Assembly: GCA_963771175.1 (NCBI GenBank)
Contig: CAVYSY010000032.1
Span: forward strand, 608,001-672,000
Source: an uncultured delta proteobacterium
GTDB lineage: Bacteria > Myxococcota > Myxococcia > Myxococcales > Myxococcaceae
Direction: 5' to 3'
Length of the DNA: 64,000 bases
The notes under the pieces were generated by a model, which had not been told where the DNA came from, did no database searches, and saw only the letters and a list, made by a program, of their open reading frames with translations. The translations under genes and the position numbers were made by a program. Numbering within the stretch: position 1 is the stretch's first letter; each line of letters starts with the position of its first letter. Shown one piece after another: positions 17,059-30,286 of the stretch.

Positions 17059-19710
17059 CTATTGGCAGTTCGTCACGGGAGTCGCGGGGTTGCCCGTGTT
17101 GCGCACGTCGTGCTGGAACTTCGGCCACGCAGCGGAGGCGTCCGGTCCCGGACTGTCCACCACGACGGCATACAGCCGCCCGTCCATGTTCGACGGGACG
17201 TAGAGCACCCCGGGGCGGTTCATGATCGGCGCGCCGGTGGTGGCATCCCGCGCGCAGTCGAGTGACAGCTCGCTACCTTCCACGCCCCTGCCCAGGTCCG
17301 CGCTCCAGCGTGGAGACAGCTCCGTCGTGGACCAGGCCATCAGCGCGCTCGGGCCGCTCGAAGTAGCGAGCGTGTACAGCGTCCCATCCCGTCCAAGCAC
17401 GGGAGTGATGCTCGAGGAGGGAAGCCCTTTACCGATGGTCGTCGTCCCACCGGCCAGCGGGAACTTGTGCAGCTCGTAGCCGGAGTAGTCGAAGACGGAG
17501 AAGAACGCCTCGTTCCCACTGCCCACCGAGATGCCGCTGATGCTGTTCGCATTGGGGAGCGCGTCTCTCAACGTCGACGTGCCTCCACTCGTTGGGAGGG
17601 AGAAGAGGCCGCGCGCGTCGACCTGGTTGCCCACCCCTGGCACGACGAGCTGGGAGCCCACCAGGACCGGGCTGCCCAGAGTGCCATCGAACTTCACCGG
17701 CCAGTCGCTCCGGGGCAGGCTGCCGCCGAACGTGTAGCTGACCACGTCGGTGAGCCCACAGCAGGTGGCGCTGTCGGCCACATAGAAGACGTTCGTCCCC
17801 TGAGACACGAAGCCAGGGGCCACCGGCACCTGGAGCTTGGTGGTGCTGGTGCCGAACTCGAGGCACCGCTCCGCGGCCAACGCCGCGTCCGGACGGATGG
17901 CCACGAAGCGGCTCGGGGCGCCACGGAGGAAGCCCACCACCGATTCCAGCTCCACACCGCTGGCGTTGGTGGTGAGCAGGGTGAGCGAGCCCATGAGCTC
18001 GCTCGCCCCGGACCATGAGGTACCCGTGGGCGGGCACCTCATGTGGGAAGTGCCCTTCTCTCCGTCATACGCATACAGCCCCAGGGAGGAGGAGGTCGAC
18101 CCCGCCGCGACGTAGACGAGCTCCGTGAGCTGTCCAAAATCACTGTCCCGGGTCTGCCCCACCACCGGCGTACTGATACGGTTGCTGGTGGTCGGCCTCA
18201 CCTCCCACTTCAGCTGTCCCTCGGAAGAGAGGGCCACGAGGGTGCTCCGGGTGGAGAGGTAGACATTGCCCCGGGCGCCGACGGCTGGCGTCGAATCGAT
18301 GTTGTCCGAGATGAAGTAGGCCCACTTCCAACGCGTCACCGGAATGGAACCGTTCTCCGTCTTCGTGTTGCCCACCAGGTCCCGGGCGCTGGCCACGAGC
18401 TTCATCTGCCCGCGGAACACATCGAACCGGGGCGTCCACAGCTGCACGTTGCCCTTGACGCAGAGGTTCGCGGCGCACGGCGCGGTGGACGTCACGGTCA
18501 CCGGCAGGCTCACGCCGTCGGTCCCCTGTACCGCGAGGGTGAGAGACGTCGGGTCGACGAAGGGGTCCCTCACCTGCACCTCGACCGGGACCTCCTGATC
18601 GCGCCGCCACGGATACGGCCCACCGAACCCCGTGTCCGGGTACGTCGTCCGGCCCGAGGGGTCATTCGGGAAGGACGGAGGAGGAATCACGAACGTGATG
18701 GCGGGGGGCGTGAGATCCACCTTCACGGTCACCGTGGCGCTCGGGCCACCCTCCGGCACGGCCGCGCTCAGCGTGTAGTCGCCATCCCCTCCCGGGGGCA
18801 CCCACTTCACCTCGTACACGTTGTCGACCACACTCAGGGAGGAGAAGGTGCCGCCCAGCCCACCCCCGACCCGCGTGTCGCTGAAGACGAGCTGGGACGG
18901 GAACCTCGGGTTGGAGGCGAACTCCGGCTTCACCTCGACCCGCACCCGCAGCGTCACCCCCTCGCTATTCGAGGGGCTGCCCTCCACCGGCGCCAGCACC
19001 GTCACCGAGGCGAAGCGGGACACACAGGACTCTCCGACGTACTCCTGCGTGGCCGCACAGGTGCATGCCGGGCCACCAAAGTCCTCGTCCTTCTGCCCGT
19101 CGCAGTCGTCATCCAGGGCATTGCACGTCTCGGGCGCACCGACATAGCGGGAGGCCCGGGTGTCATCGCAGTCGAGCGCATTGGGCGCATGGCCCGCCGG
19201 CTGCAGGCAGCTATCGATGCCCGCGGACCCCGGAGCACCCTGGCCATCGCGATCCTCGTCCGGGTGCCACTGGCCGGGCTTCACGACACAGGTGCGCCCC
19301 CCGCCCGACTCACAGGCCCACGTCCCCTTGCAGCCGGTGGTCATGTCGCAGAGGGCACCCAGGAAGAAGTCCTCGTCCGTCTGCCCATCGCAGTCATCGT
19401 CCCGGTCGTTGCACACCTCGGCCCTGGGGCCCACGTCCCCTTCGCAGGCACCCCAGTTGCCATCGTTCCCACAGCGACGCTGACCCTGCTCGCACTCGCC
19501 AGTGACCTTGCCACAGGCCTCCGTGGTGCCTGGCACGCACTCGTGGGGGACGCTCGTGGACAGGCATATTCCCCCGAGGCACTCATACCCCTGGGCGCAG
19601 GGGTGCGCCTCGTTGCAGGCGCGGATCTTCTCCTTCTCGAGGTCCCCCAGTTCCGGAACGGTGCACCCCACGAGCAGCATCAGGGCCGTGGCCCACGTGA
19701 AGCGTTTCAT
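17059..19710 (-). CDS. Large Cys-rich lipoprotein with putative metal-binding repeats, Ig-like region and PQQ-like beta-propeller
   Basis: Lipobox LVGC; EVCNDRDDDCDGQTDE and ETCNALDDDCDGQKDE repeats; C-terminal WPKFQHDVRNTGN. Confidence 0.75.
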   Translation of the reverse strand: MKRFTWATALMLLVGCTVPELGDLEKEKIRACNEAHPCAQGYECLGGICLSTSVPHECVPGTTEACGKVTGECEQGQRRCGNDGNWGACEGDVGPRAEVCNDRDDDCDGQTDEDFFLGALCDMTTGCKGTWACESGGGRTCVVKPGQWHPDEDRDGQGAPGSAGIDSCLQPAGHAPNALDCDDTRASRYVGAPETCNALDDDCDGQKDEDFGGPACTCAATQEYVGESCVSRFASVTVLAPVEGSPSNSEGVTLRVRVEVKPEFASNPRFPSQLVFSDTRVGGGLGGTFSSLSVVDNVYEVKWVPPGGDGDYTLSAAVPEGGPSATVTVKVDLTPPAITFVIPPPSFPNDPSGRTTYPDTGFGGPYPWRRDQEVPVEVQVRDPFVDPTSLTLAVQGTDGVSLPVTVTSTAPCAANLCVKGNVQLWTPRFDVFRGQMKLVASARDLVGNTKTENGSIPVTRWKWAYFISDNIDSTPAVGARGNVYLSTRSTLVALSSEGQLKWEVRPTTSNRISTPVVGQTRDSDFGQLTELVYVAAGSTSSSLGLYAYDGEKGTSHMRCPPTGTSWSGASELMGSLTLLTTNASGVELESVVGFLRGAPSRFVAIRPDAALAAERCLEFGTSTTKLQVPVAPGFVSQGTNVFYVADSATCCGLTDVVSYTFGGSLPRSDWPVKFDGTLGSPVLVGSQLVVPGVGNQVDARGLFSLPTSGGTSTLRDALPNANSISGISVGSGNEAFFSVFDYSGYELHKFPLAGGTTTIGKGLPSSSITPVLGRDGTLYTLATSSGPSALMAWSTTELSPRWSADLGRGVEGSELSLDCARDATTGAPIMNRPGVLYVPSNMDGRLYAVVVDSPGPDASAAWPKFQHDVRNTGNPATPVTNCQ

Positions 19711-20606
19711 CGGGTCTCTCCAGAAGAAGGGGTGGCCGCGTCGGCGGGCATGAGGAACCAGGTCACCACGGCTCCGGCGACGGCGAGCCCGGCGGTGCCC
19801 AGGAGAACGTTGGCGGCGGTGGCGCTGCTCCGCGCCTGCTGATGATGGGAGAGGAAATCGTCCTGGAACTCCGCGGTACGCGCGGCTTCCACCTGGCCTT
19901 GGGACGACAGACCGAAATACGTCCCCAACCCTCCGGCCACCGCGCCCGCGCCCACCAACGCCAGCGGCACCACGGGCAGTCGGCGCGGCCGCGCCTCCAC
20001 CGTCGGCGTGAGCGCGGGAGAAGGCGGCGCGGAGGGCACGAGCGCGCCCACCGGCTCGGATTTCTGCTCGGGCCTGTCGGTGGAGGCCGTCGGTGCGGGG
20101 ACCTGGGGAGTCGGCTCGGGGCCCACCGAGGGAGCCACGACCGGGCCGCTCGTGGACGCGGGCTTCTTCTGCCCCGGCTTGCTGGTGGCGACCGCTCCCC
20201 CCTTGTCCGCATCCTGCATGCGGTCCAGTTCCTGCCGCGCGCGCTCCCGCTGCTTCTCGAACTCGACCTCCACCTTGGGGGAGACGCGCAGGGGCAGCTT
20301 CGCCTCGGGGCTCAACAGGAGCGCCGTCTTGAACGTGTCGCGCGCCTCCTGCCACCGTCCCATTTCCGCGAGGATGATGCCCTCGTGGATCGCGATGGAG
20401 ACGTCCTCCTCGACGCCTCGCGCCACGCGCTTGGCCCGCTCGAGCTGCTTGAGCGCACGCTCGTATTCGAGGCTCTCATAGAGCCGGACGGCGGCGGTCA
20501 GGTAGCGCTTGAAGTCATTGGCCGCATGGGCGGAGCGCAGGGGGCTCCCCACCCACAAGAGGGCCAGGACGAGCAGCGCGAATGCTCGACTATTAGACAG
20601 GCACAT
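19707..20606 (-). CDS. Myxobacterial secreted TPR protein with a C-terminal hydrophobic hairpin
   Basis: Signal peptide, [14 protein letters not shown]-like helices, LPLRVSPKV, Pro-rich linker; ATGA overlap with the downstream lipoprotein. Confidence 0.7.
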   Translation of the reverse strand: MCLSNSRAFALLVLALLWVGSPLRSAHAANDFKRYLTAAVRLYESLEYERALKQLERAKRVARGVEEDVSIAIHEGIILAEMGRWQEARDTFKTALLLSPEAKLPLRVSPKVEVEFEKQRERARQELDRMQDADKGGAVATSKPGQKKPASTSGPVVAPSVGPEPTPQVPAPTASTDRPEQKSEPVGALVPSAPPSPALTPTVEARPRRLPVVPLALVGAGAVAGGLGTYFGLSSQGQVEAARTAEFQDDFLSHHQQARSSATAANVLLGTAGLAVAGAVVTWFLMPADAATPSSGETR

Positions 20607-20766
20607 GGCGCGGCATCCTACCGCGCATCCACGAGCGAACAGAGGCCGTGGCGACTCGGAATCCATCGATGTTCATGCACCCATTCACACCCGGCCATGG
20701 GCAGAGTGGCGGATGCTGGGCGATTTCTTGCCCGAGCCTTTTCCCCACCTGAGACTACATCGCCCC

Positions 20767-21561
20767 ATGAAGCAATATCTGGCCCTGCTCGAGCACGTCC
20801 TGAACCACGGGACCCGGAAGAGCGATCGGACCGGCACCGGAACGCTGAGCATCTTCGGTCATCAGATGCGGTTCGACCTCACGCAGGGGTTCCCGCTGGT
20901 GACGACGAAGAAGCTGCACCTCAAGTCCATCATCCACGAGCTGCTGTGGATGCTCGCGGGCGGCACCAACGTGAAGGACCTGCAGAAGCACGGCGTCACC
21001 ATCTGGGACGAGTGGGCGGACGCGGAGGGCAACCTCGGCCCCATCTACGGACACCAGTGGCGCTCGTGGCCCAAACCCGGCGGCGGCTCCATCGACCAGA
21101 TGACCCAGCTCGTCGAGCAGCTCCGCGAGAATCCGGACTCGCGGCGGCACATCGTCAGCGCGTGGAACGTGGCGGACCTGGACGCGATGAAGCTGCCGCC
21201 CTGCCACATCCTCTTCCAGTTCTACGTGGCGGAGGGCCGGCTCTCCTGCCAGCTCTACCAGCGCAGCGCGGACATCTTCCTCGGCCTGCCCTTCAACATC
21301 GCCTCCTACGCGCTGCTGACGATGATGGTGGCGCAGGCGACGGGGCTCCAGGCGCACGAGTTCATCCACACCACGGGTGATGCGCACCTGTACCTCAACC
21401 ACCTGCAGCAGGCCCGCGAGCAGCTCCAGCGCGAGCCGCGGCCGCTGCCCAGGATGACGCTCAACCCCGAGGTCCGCTCGCTGTTCGACTTCAAGTACGA
21501 GGACTTCACGTTGAGCGGCTACGAGCCCCATCCCGCCATCAAGGCGCCGGTCGCCGTATGA
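20767..21561 (+). CDS. thyA: Thymidylate synthase
   Basis: [38 protein letters not shown]. Confidence 0.98.
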   Translation: MKQYLALLEHVLNHGTRKSDRTGTGTLSIFGHQMRFDLTQGFPLVTTKKLHLKSIIHELLWMLAGGTNVKDLQKHGVTIWDEWADAEGNLGPIYGHQWRSWPKPGGGSIDQMTQLVEQLRENPDSRRHIVSAWNVADLDAMKLPPCHILFQFYVAEGRLSCQLYQRSADIFLGLPFNIASYALLTMMVAQATGLQAHEFIHTTGDAHLYLNHLQQAREQLQREPRPLPRMTLNPEVRSLFDFKYEDFTLSGYEPHPAIKAPVAV

Positions 21562-22034
21562 GGATCTCCGCCATCGTGGCGATGGCCGCCAACCGGTGCA
21601 TCGGCAAGGACAACGCCCTGCCCTGGCGGCTGCCGGCGGACCTCAAGCGCTTCAAGCAGCTCACGATGGGGCACACGCTCGTCATGGGTCGCAAGACGTA
21701 CGAGTCCATCGGCCGGCCGCTGCCAGGAAGGAGCACCATCGTGGTGACGCGCCAGCGGGACTACGCGCCCGAGGGCGTCCAGGTGGCGCACTCCCTGGAG
21801 CAGGCGCTGGAGCTGGCACGCGGCGACGAGGTCTTCATCGCGGGCGGCGCGGACCTCTACCGGCAAGCGATGGACCGGGTGCGGCGCCTGTACCTCACGC
21901 GGCTCGACCGCGAGTACGCGGGCGACGCCTTCTTCCCCGCGCTGGACCTGTCCGGCTGGAAGCTCGTCGAGGAGGCACACCACCCCGCCACCGCTACCGA
22001 GCCGTCCTTCTCCTTCCTCACCTACGAGCGGTAG
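21558..22034 (+). CDS. folA: Dihydrofolate reductase
   Basis: [40 protein letters not shown] overlap with thyA. Confidence 0.97.
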   Translation: MRISAIVAMAANRCIGKDNALPWRLPADLKRFKQLTMGHTLVMGRKTYESIGRPLPGRSTIVVTRQRDYAPEGVQVAHSLEQALELARGDEVFIAGGADLYRQAMDRVRRLYLTRLDREYAGDAFFPALDLSGWKLVEEAHHPATATEPSFSFLTYER

Positions 22035-22074
22035 ACGCGCGCACCGTCGGGCAGGACACACCCCCGTCCGGCTG

Positions 22075-22099
22075 AATTTTGATTTTGATTCTCAAAATT
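22075..22099. promoter_or_regulatory. Fur-box-like operator upstream of the iron permease
   Basis: AT-rich AATTTTGATTTTGATTCTCAAAATT (8-bp inverted arms; TGATTTTGATTCTCA core) 35 nt before the FTR1 gene. Confidence 0.7.
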
Positions 22100-22133
22100 G
22101 AAATATGGGGCTGGGACTGGTAGAGGGTGGACC

Positions 22134-23984
22134 GTGAAGCGCATCGGCCTCCTGCTCCTGTCCCTGCTGCTCGCGGTCCCCTGGCGCTCCGCCGAGGAGG
22201 GCGCGTCGAGGCGCGCACCTGGCACCGGCTGGTCGGCATCCTCCAGTACCTGGAGGCGGACTACCCGCTGGCGGTGCGAGCCGAAGTCGGCCTTCGAGCT
22301 GGCCGAGCAGCGGGCCTTCGCCGCGGAGGCGGTGGCCGCGGCGGCCCGAGCTGGGCCCGGAGGGCGAGCGCTTCGTCCCGCGGGTGCGCGCGCTGCAGGA
22401 GCAGGCGTGGCGGCGGCGGCCCCCGAGGGCGTGAGCCGCGACTGCGCGCGCTGGTGGAGGAGCTGGTGCAGGCGGGGGGCCTCGCGCGCGCGCCGCGCAC
22501 GGCGCCGGACCTCGCGCTGGGCCGCGAGCTCTACGCCGGCGCGTGCGCCGACGTGCCACGGCCCGGACGGGCGCGCGCAGGTGCCGCTCGCGAAGACGCA
22601 GGAGCCGCCGCCTTCCAACTTCCACGACGCGGACGTGATGGCGGGGCTCACCGCCTACCGGGCCTTCAACACCACCGCTTCGGCATCCCCGGCACCGCCA
22701 TGGCCGGCTTCCCCGCCCTGAGCGAGGAGCAGCGCTGGAGCCGTCGCCTTCTACCTCTTCACCCTGCGCCAGCCCCCCTGCGAGGGCACGCCGCCGCGCG
22801 CCCGCTGGAGCAGCTGGCCACCTCACGCGACCCGCAGCTCGCGCAGGCCTTCGGCGGCGAGGCGCAGCTGCCCTGCCTGCGCCGCAGCTGCCGCGAGGCG
22901 GACGAGGGCGCGCGCTGGCCAGCGCCCGCGCCGACGTGGAGCGCGCGCTGCGGCTGGGGCAGCAGGGAGACCTGGCGGGCGCGCGCTACGCGCTGCTGGA
23001 TGCCTACCTGAAGGGAGTGGAGCCCGCGGAGGCCACCCTGCGCCTGCGCAGCCCCGGGCTGGTGCAGGAGCTGGAGCGGGCTTCCTGGCGCGCGGCTACG
23101 CCGCCGAGCAGCGGCAGCCCGACACCTGCAGGCGAGGGCCGCGTGCCCTGTCGCCGCCTGGACAAGGCGCGCCGACGAGGGCGCGCCCACGCTTCCTCTC
23201 GGTGTTCTGGCTCACGCTGCTCATCCTGCTGCGCGAGGGCTTCGAGGCCACCCTCATCGTCGCGGCGCTGCTCGCGGTGCTGCAAGAAGCTGCAGGCCCC
23301 CGCGCAGGCGCGCCTGGTGCACGCGGGCTGGGTGTGCGCGCTGGTGGTGGGTGCGCTGGCCTTCCTCTTCGGGCGCCAGCTGCTGGCCGGCGCCAACCGG
23401 AGCTGATCGAGGGCCTCACCGCGCTCGTGGCGGTGGCGATGCTGCTGTACTCGGCGCTGTGGCTCAACGCGCGCGCCCACATCAGCCAGTTCATGGGCGA
23501 GCTGCGCCAGAAGATGCAGGGCGCGCTCGGCCGCGGCAGCCGCGTCGGCCTCTTCGTCATCTCCTTCAGCGCGGTGCTGCGCGAGAGCGTGGAGACGGCG
23601 GTGTTCCTCCAGGGACTGGCGCTCGACTCGGTCGAGCGGGGTGGCCGTGGGGCTGGCCGCGGGCGCTGGTGCTCACCGCGCTCGTGCTCTTCGTGCGCCG
23701 CGTGGGCTACAGGCTGCCCATGAAGACGCTCTTCAAGGGCGTCCACGGTGCTGATGGTGGTCACCGCCGTCATCCTGCTCGGCAAGGCGCTCCACGCGCT
23801 GCAGGAGGTGGCGGTGGTGCCGCCTCAGCCCATCCCCTTCGTCACGGTCGACCTGCTCGGCGTCTACCCGGATGCCATGTCGCTCATCCCGCAGGCGGTG
23901 CTGACGGCCATCCCGCTCATCTGGCTCGTCATCAAGCGGCGCGGCGGCACCACGCGGCTGGCGGACGCCTCGTCGCAGGGGTAG
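22134..23984 (+). CDS. Cytochrome c / FTR1 family iron permease fusion (many apparent frameshifts)
   Basis: Fragments across frames: WHRLVGILQYLEADY, C..CHGPDG, FGIPGTAM, LLREGFEA and LRESVET (two RExxE motifs), GKALHALQE, LGVYP. Confidence 0.85.
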
Positions 23985-23987
23985 GCG

Positions 23988-25924
23988 TCACGAGGCCAGC
24001 AGCGACTGCACCAGCCCGCGGAGCTCCTGGGAGGAGAAGGGCTTCTCCAGCCGGTGGTTGCTCACGCGGCCCAGGAACGCGCGGGCATTCGTCGTGAAGG
24101 CCCCTCCCGACAGGAACACGAACCGCTCGGCCAGCTCCGGCGAGTGGCTCGCGAGCTCCTGGTGCAGGTCCATCCCGCTCATCTCCGGCATCATCACGTC
24201 GCACAGGATGACGTCGAAGCGCTCACCGCCCGTGAGCCGCGCATGGGCCTCCCGCGCGCTCGTCAGCACCACGACCTCGTGCTCGCGCTGGAGCGTGCGG
24301 CGGATGGCCATGCCGATCAGCGGCTCGTCGTCCACGACCAGGATCCGCCCCCGCCGCGACACCGCGGGACGCCAGGGCGGGCGGCGGCGCCTCGGCGGCG
24401 AGTGAGGCCGGGAATGGCGGCGGGCAGGATGACCCGGAAGGTGGCTCCCCTTGCCCGACCTCGCTCTCCACCTCCATCCGTCCGCCGAAGCCGGTCACGA
24501 TGTCGTGGCAGATGGACAGGCCGAGCCCCGTCCCCACTCCGACGGGCTTCGTCGTGAAGAACGGCTCGAAGAGCTGCTCCAGGTGCTCCGGCGGACATGC
24601 CCGACGCCCGTGTCGCGCACCTCGATCAGCCACGCCCTCGGCATGGGGCCGCGTGACGATGCGGATCTCATTCCGCTCCACGTCCCCCTCGGGGATGGCC
24701 TGCGCCGCGTTGACGAGCAGGTTCAGGAACACCTGCCCGAGCCGGCCCTCGTTCGCCGCGACCACGAGCGGCTCGGTGTAGTCCGCACCAGCCGCGCGCG
24801 GTGACGGATCTCCGTTCGAGGCCATGCTGATGGCGGTCTCGAGCACCCGGTGGACGTCCACGGGCTCCGGCCGGGCGTCCTCTTCCGTGCGCGAGAACAT
24901 CTTGAGCTGCCGGACGATGTCCCGCACGCGGCCCGCCCCGAGCTGCGCATCGGAGAGCAGCTTGCGGACGTCCTCCCGGTGGCCGGCGGGCAACCCCAGC
25001 TCGGGGAGCACCTCCGACTCCAGGTGGGTGAGGTTGGCGATCGCATAGGCGAGCGGGTTGTTGATTTCGTGAGCGATGCCCGCCGCGAGCGTCCCGAGCG
25101 AGGCCATGCGATCCGCGCGCAGAAGCTGGACCTCCATCTGCTTGCGATCGGTCAGGTCGTGCACGATCCGGATCAGGCAGGGCCGGCCCTCGAACATGCC
25201 AGGAACCTGGGAGATCTCCGCGGGAACGACGCCTCCGGACTTGCGAAGGATACGGACCTCCCACGACGACACCGCCTTGCCCGCCCGCAATGCCTCGCGG
25301 ACCTCGCGAGGGACCGACGCGAAATCCTCCGGGTGGATGAAGGCGGTCGCCAGCTCCGCCGAGGACAGCCCCAGGAGTTCCTCCGGAGAACCGCACCCGA
25401 GCAGCGTGACGAGCGTGGGGTTGACGTAGACGAGCTGGTCGCCCTGCAGCACGGAGATGCCATCGGGCAGCCGCTCGATGAGCGTGTGGAAGCTCACCTG
25501 GGAGCGGCGCAGCGTCTCCCGCGTGCGCGAGTGCTGGAGCGCATAGCGGATCGCCCGCTCCAGGAGGGTCGGGAGTGAGCTGGGACTTCACGAGGAAGTC
25601 GTCGGCGCCGGCCTCCAGGGCCCGCTGGTCGATCTCATCATCCCCCAACCCGGTCAGCAGGATGACCGGGCCGCGCCAGCCCCGCTGCCGCACCTGCGCG
25701 AGCAGCTCGAGCCCCGTCATCGCACCGAGGTGATAGTCGAGCAGGCACACGTCGTGGCCCCCGGCCTCCACCGCGGCGAGCGCATCCTCTCCGGTCGACA
25801 CCCACTCGAGCACCATCCGCCCCGAGCCGATGGAACGCAGGGTGTCGCGCGTCACCACGAAGTCGTCCTCGTCGTCCTCGACGAGCAGGACCCGAATGGG
25901 TGGCTGGCCTCTCTCAGTCTTCAT
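23988..25924 (-). CDS. Hybrid histidine kinase REC-PAS-HisKA-HATPase-REC (several apparent frameshifts)
   Basis: VLLVEDDEDD receiver; AHEINNPL; QVFLNLLVNA; FFTTKPVGVGTGLGL; ILVVDDEP...CDVMMP...EKPF receiver. Confidence 0.9.
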
Positions 25925-25938
25925 GGGGAGCCGTCGCG

Positions 25939-27225
<1,287 letters not shown>

Positions 27226-27375
27226 GCAAATCCCTCGCGAGACGCCTTGTTGCGCACCGTCTCGAATACAGTAGCGCCAGAAAAAGGGAGCGAAAGCGTA
27301 GCATGGGCACCGTGAATGTAAAGGCGGGCCACGGCCAGAAGAGGGCCTCGAGGGAACAAAAGTCCCCTCCTCCGC

Positions 27376-28891
27376 TCAGGTTGGGAAGTAGCGGCCGGCG
27401 GCCTCTCGCACCCGGCCCTCGCCCTGCAGCTTCAGCAGCACCGCCAGTGCGCTCCGCTCAGCCACTGGGTACAGGAACGGAGGCGTCTCCGCGTAGGCCC
27501 GCGCCACCACCTCGGCCAGCGTCGCGCCCCCGGTTGGCACCGCCTCCACGATGCGAGCCTCGCGCGCGGCGCGGTGGTCCAGGTACTCCTGAAGCTTCCC
27601 GGGCCCGTCCGGAATCGCCGTGCCGTGCGACGGGTGCAGCGTCGTCACCGGCCAGTCCCGCAGCCGAGCGAGCTGCTTCAGGTACTCGCCCATGTCGCCC
27701 TCGGGAGGATCGATGACGATGGTGCCCACGCTCGCCACCATGTCGCCCACCACCGCCGCGTGCGTCCGCTCGTCCACGAGACACAGGTGGCCCCGCGCGT
27801 GACCCGGCGTGTGCAGCACCCGCCAGCGCTGCGGCGGAGTCCCCGCCAGTTCCAGCACCTCGCCGTCCTCCAGCAGCCGCTCCGCCGGCACGTCCAGCCG
27901 ATCCGCCGTCCGGGCGTGGCACCACAGCGGCACCTTCAGCCGCTCCATCACCCGACGCACCCCGCCCACGTGGTCCTCATGGTGGTGCGTCAGCATCACC
28001 GCTCGGACCCGGCACCCGTCCGCCACCAGCCCCTCCACCATCGCCAGGAGCCGTGCCACCTCGGCCTCGTCGTCCGTCCCCGGGTCCACGATGAGCAGCT
28101 CGCCGTTGCCCAGCACGTACGTGTTGGTGTGCGTGGCCGGCGGCAGCGTGGCGGTCCGCAGCGGGAACACCCGCACGCCCTGGTGGAACTCGATGCGCTG
28201 CGCGATGAAGTCCGGGCAGTGGGGCTGCTCGCACAGGCGCGCCCTCGCGCCCTCGGCCGTGTCGAAGCGAGCCATCACCCGCAGTACGTGCAGCGCGGGC
28301 GGGTGCAGCAGCGCCGTCCCCTGCTCCCAGCGGGCCAGCGCCTCGGCGGGCGTCACCCAGGCCGCCTCCGACAGCTCCCCGGGCCACCACTCCGCCAGGG
28401 CGTGCGCCGGCGCCTCCACCAGGTAGAAGAAGGTGTCGAAGCGGACGGGCGCGAACTCGGGCGTCACCCAGCGCCCCGCCTCGGGGAAGTCCTCCGCCCT
28501 CAGTGCCAGCTCGTGCCGCAGCAGCAGCTCCGCCCACGAGCTCCGCTTCTCCAGCAGCGCGCGGCGCGCTTCCCGGAGCTGCTCGGCACTCAGCCGCTCG
28601 GCGCCCTCGGCCACCAGCACCCCGGTCTCCTCGAAGAGCTCGCGCGCCGCCGCCACGCGCAGCGCCGCCTCCTCGCCCCGAGGCCCCGCGCACCGGCACC
28701 GCCGCGTCCGCCTTGTCCACCTTGCCGCCGGGGAAGGCGTAGAAGCCCCCCGCGAAGGCGAGCGCCTTCTCGCGCTTCACCCAGAAGACCTCCACGCCCT
28801 CGCGCGCCTCGCGGTACAGCACCACCACCGACGCGGGCCGCGTCGCCGCGACCGGAGGCGGCGGAGGCATCCCGGGAATCGCTTCGCTCAT
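27376..28891 (-). CDS. NUDIX hydrolase / MBL-fold metallo-hydrolase fusion (apparent frameshift near 28680)
   Basis: FPGGKVD...AAARELFEETG Nudix box; THHHEDH, HTPGHARGH, GDM, PSHG; C-terminal winged-helix-like tail. Confidence 0.88.
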
Positions 28892-30177
28892 GATTGCACC
28901 GTCTGGCCCAGCAACCGGACCATCATGTTGCGCGCATCTTCAATCTGGTCCGGCCGCACGTACAGGCGCGACAGCCGGACCGAGCCGCTGTAGCGCTGGT
29001 AGAGCGGCGTGTAGCGCGCCACCTCCGTCAGCCGGCCGGTGGATGCGTCGATGATGTAGAGGCTCGGGCTCGTGCCCTCCGCGAAGTACTTGGAGAGCAC
29101 CCCCTTCGACTCCACCGTGAAGTGCTCGAAGCCGCCCGTCACCAGCGCGCTGCGCAGCACGTCCAGGTCGTAGCCCACGTCGCGCTCGGTGAACTGCGCC
29201 AGCAGCTTGAAGCCCTGGCGCGTGGCGATGCGCTGGGCCCACGGGTTCTTCGAGCGGCGCAGCGTGTACCAGAGCGCCACGTCGTCGCAGAAGAGGAAGG
29301 CCTCCGGGTCGGAGGGAATCTCGAACTCGCCGGGCGCCTCCTCGTAGTAGCGCCGCAGCATGTAGTCGAAGTTCACCGAGGTGTGGTGGTAGTACACCGA
29401 GACGAACATGTGGTAGCGGCTGAGGAGGAAGTCCTCGAAGGCGAACGCCGCCGCCCGGCTCAGCGCCAGGTACGCCCGGCCGCCCTTCTCCGCCGGGTTG
29501 AGGTTGGAGACGATCCAGTCCATGTCGTACCGGCCGTAGTTCACTCCCGTGTAGAAGGAGTCGCGCAGCAGGTAGTCCATGCGGTCCGCGTCCAGCTCGC
29601 CGGACACGATGGCGCGCAGCAGCGGCGTCCAGTCCACCCCGGCGTGGGAGAAGTTCGGCTCCTGCGGCGGCCGGGCCCCGGTGATGAGCGCCACCGCCGC
29701 CGAGGGGGTGATGCCCAGCGGCCCATAGCGCTGCTCGATGATGGGGGTGAGCGAGCTGTCCAGGAGGAGCTTGGCGGTGAAGTCTTCGTGCGTGGCCTGC
29801 TCGCCCTCCGCCACGGAGTCCAGCCAGGGGGGCAACCTCAGGGACGCGCGCGGCGGGGCGATGCGTTCCGAGGCGTGGGAGAGGGGCATGTGCCCCAGGT
29901 CGTGACACAGCACGGCCAGACGCACCGCGGCACTGAAGCGCGCGCGGACATCGGAGGGAAGCGAGGAACGGCCTGCTACAGCGTGGAACAGCCGGGAGGC
30001 GACGTGCATGGCCCCGAGCGAGTGGGCGTGCCGGGTGTGGGTGGCGCCTGGGAAGGCCAGGTCGCCGAACCCGAGCTGCCGCACATGGCGCAGCCGCTGG
30101 TAGTAGCGGCTGTCGATGACGGCCTTCTCCTCGTCACTCACGTCGATGGTGCCGTGGATGGGGTCGCGAATCCGCAT
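28888..30177 (-). CDS. HD-domain phosphohydrolase (dNTP triphosphohydrolase-like)
   Basis: RDPIHG, QRLRHVRQLG, HTRHAHSLG, HDLGH, DADRMDYLLRD, VYYH. Confidence 0.92.
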   Translation of the reverse strand: MRIRDPIHGTIDVSDEEKAVIDSRYYQRLRHVRQLGFGDLAFPGATHTRHAHSLGAMHVASRLFHAVAGRSSLPSDVRARFSAAVRLAVLCHDLGHMPLSHASERIAPPRASLRLPPWLDSVAEGEQATHEDFTAKLLLDSSLTPIIEQRYGPLGITPSAAVALITGARPPQEPNFSHAGVDWTPLLRAIVSGELDADRMDYLLRDSFYTGVNYGRYDMDWIVSNLNPAEKGGRAYLALSRAAAFAFEDFLLSRYHMFVSVYYHHTSVNFDYMLRRYYEEAPGEFEIPSDPEAFLFCDDVALWYTLRRSKNPWAQRIATRQGFKLLAQFTERDVGYDLDVLRSALVTGGFEHFTVESKGVLSKYFAEGTSPSLYIIDASTGRLTEVARYTPLYQRYSGSVRLSRLYVRPDQIEDARNMMVRLLGQTVQS

Positions 30178-30286
30178 GGTTCTCCTCTCATACTTCCTGG
30201 GACTGCACGGCGGCCAGCCAATCAGCCACAGCAGACTGTCATCCCCCCAGGGGACGTGCTAACCCTGAATGCACTCAGCACCCCGC

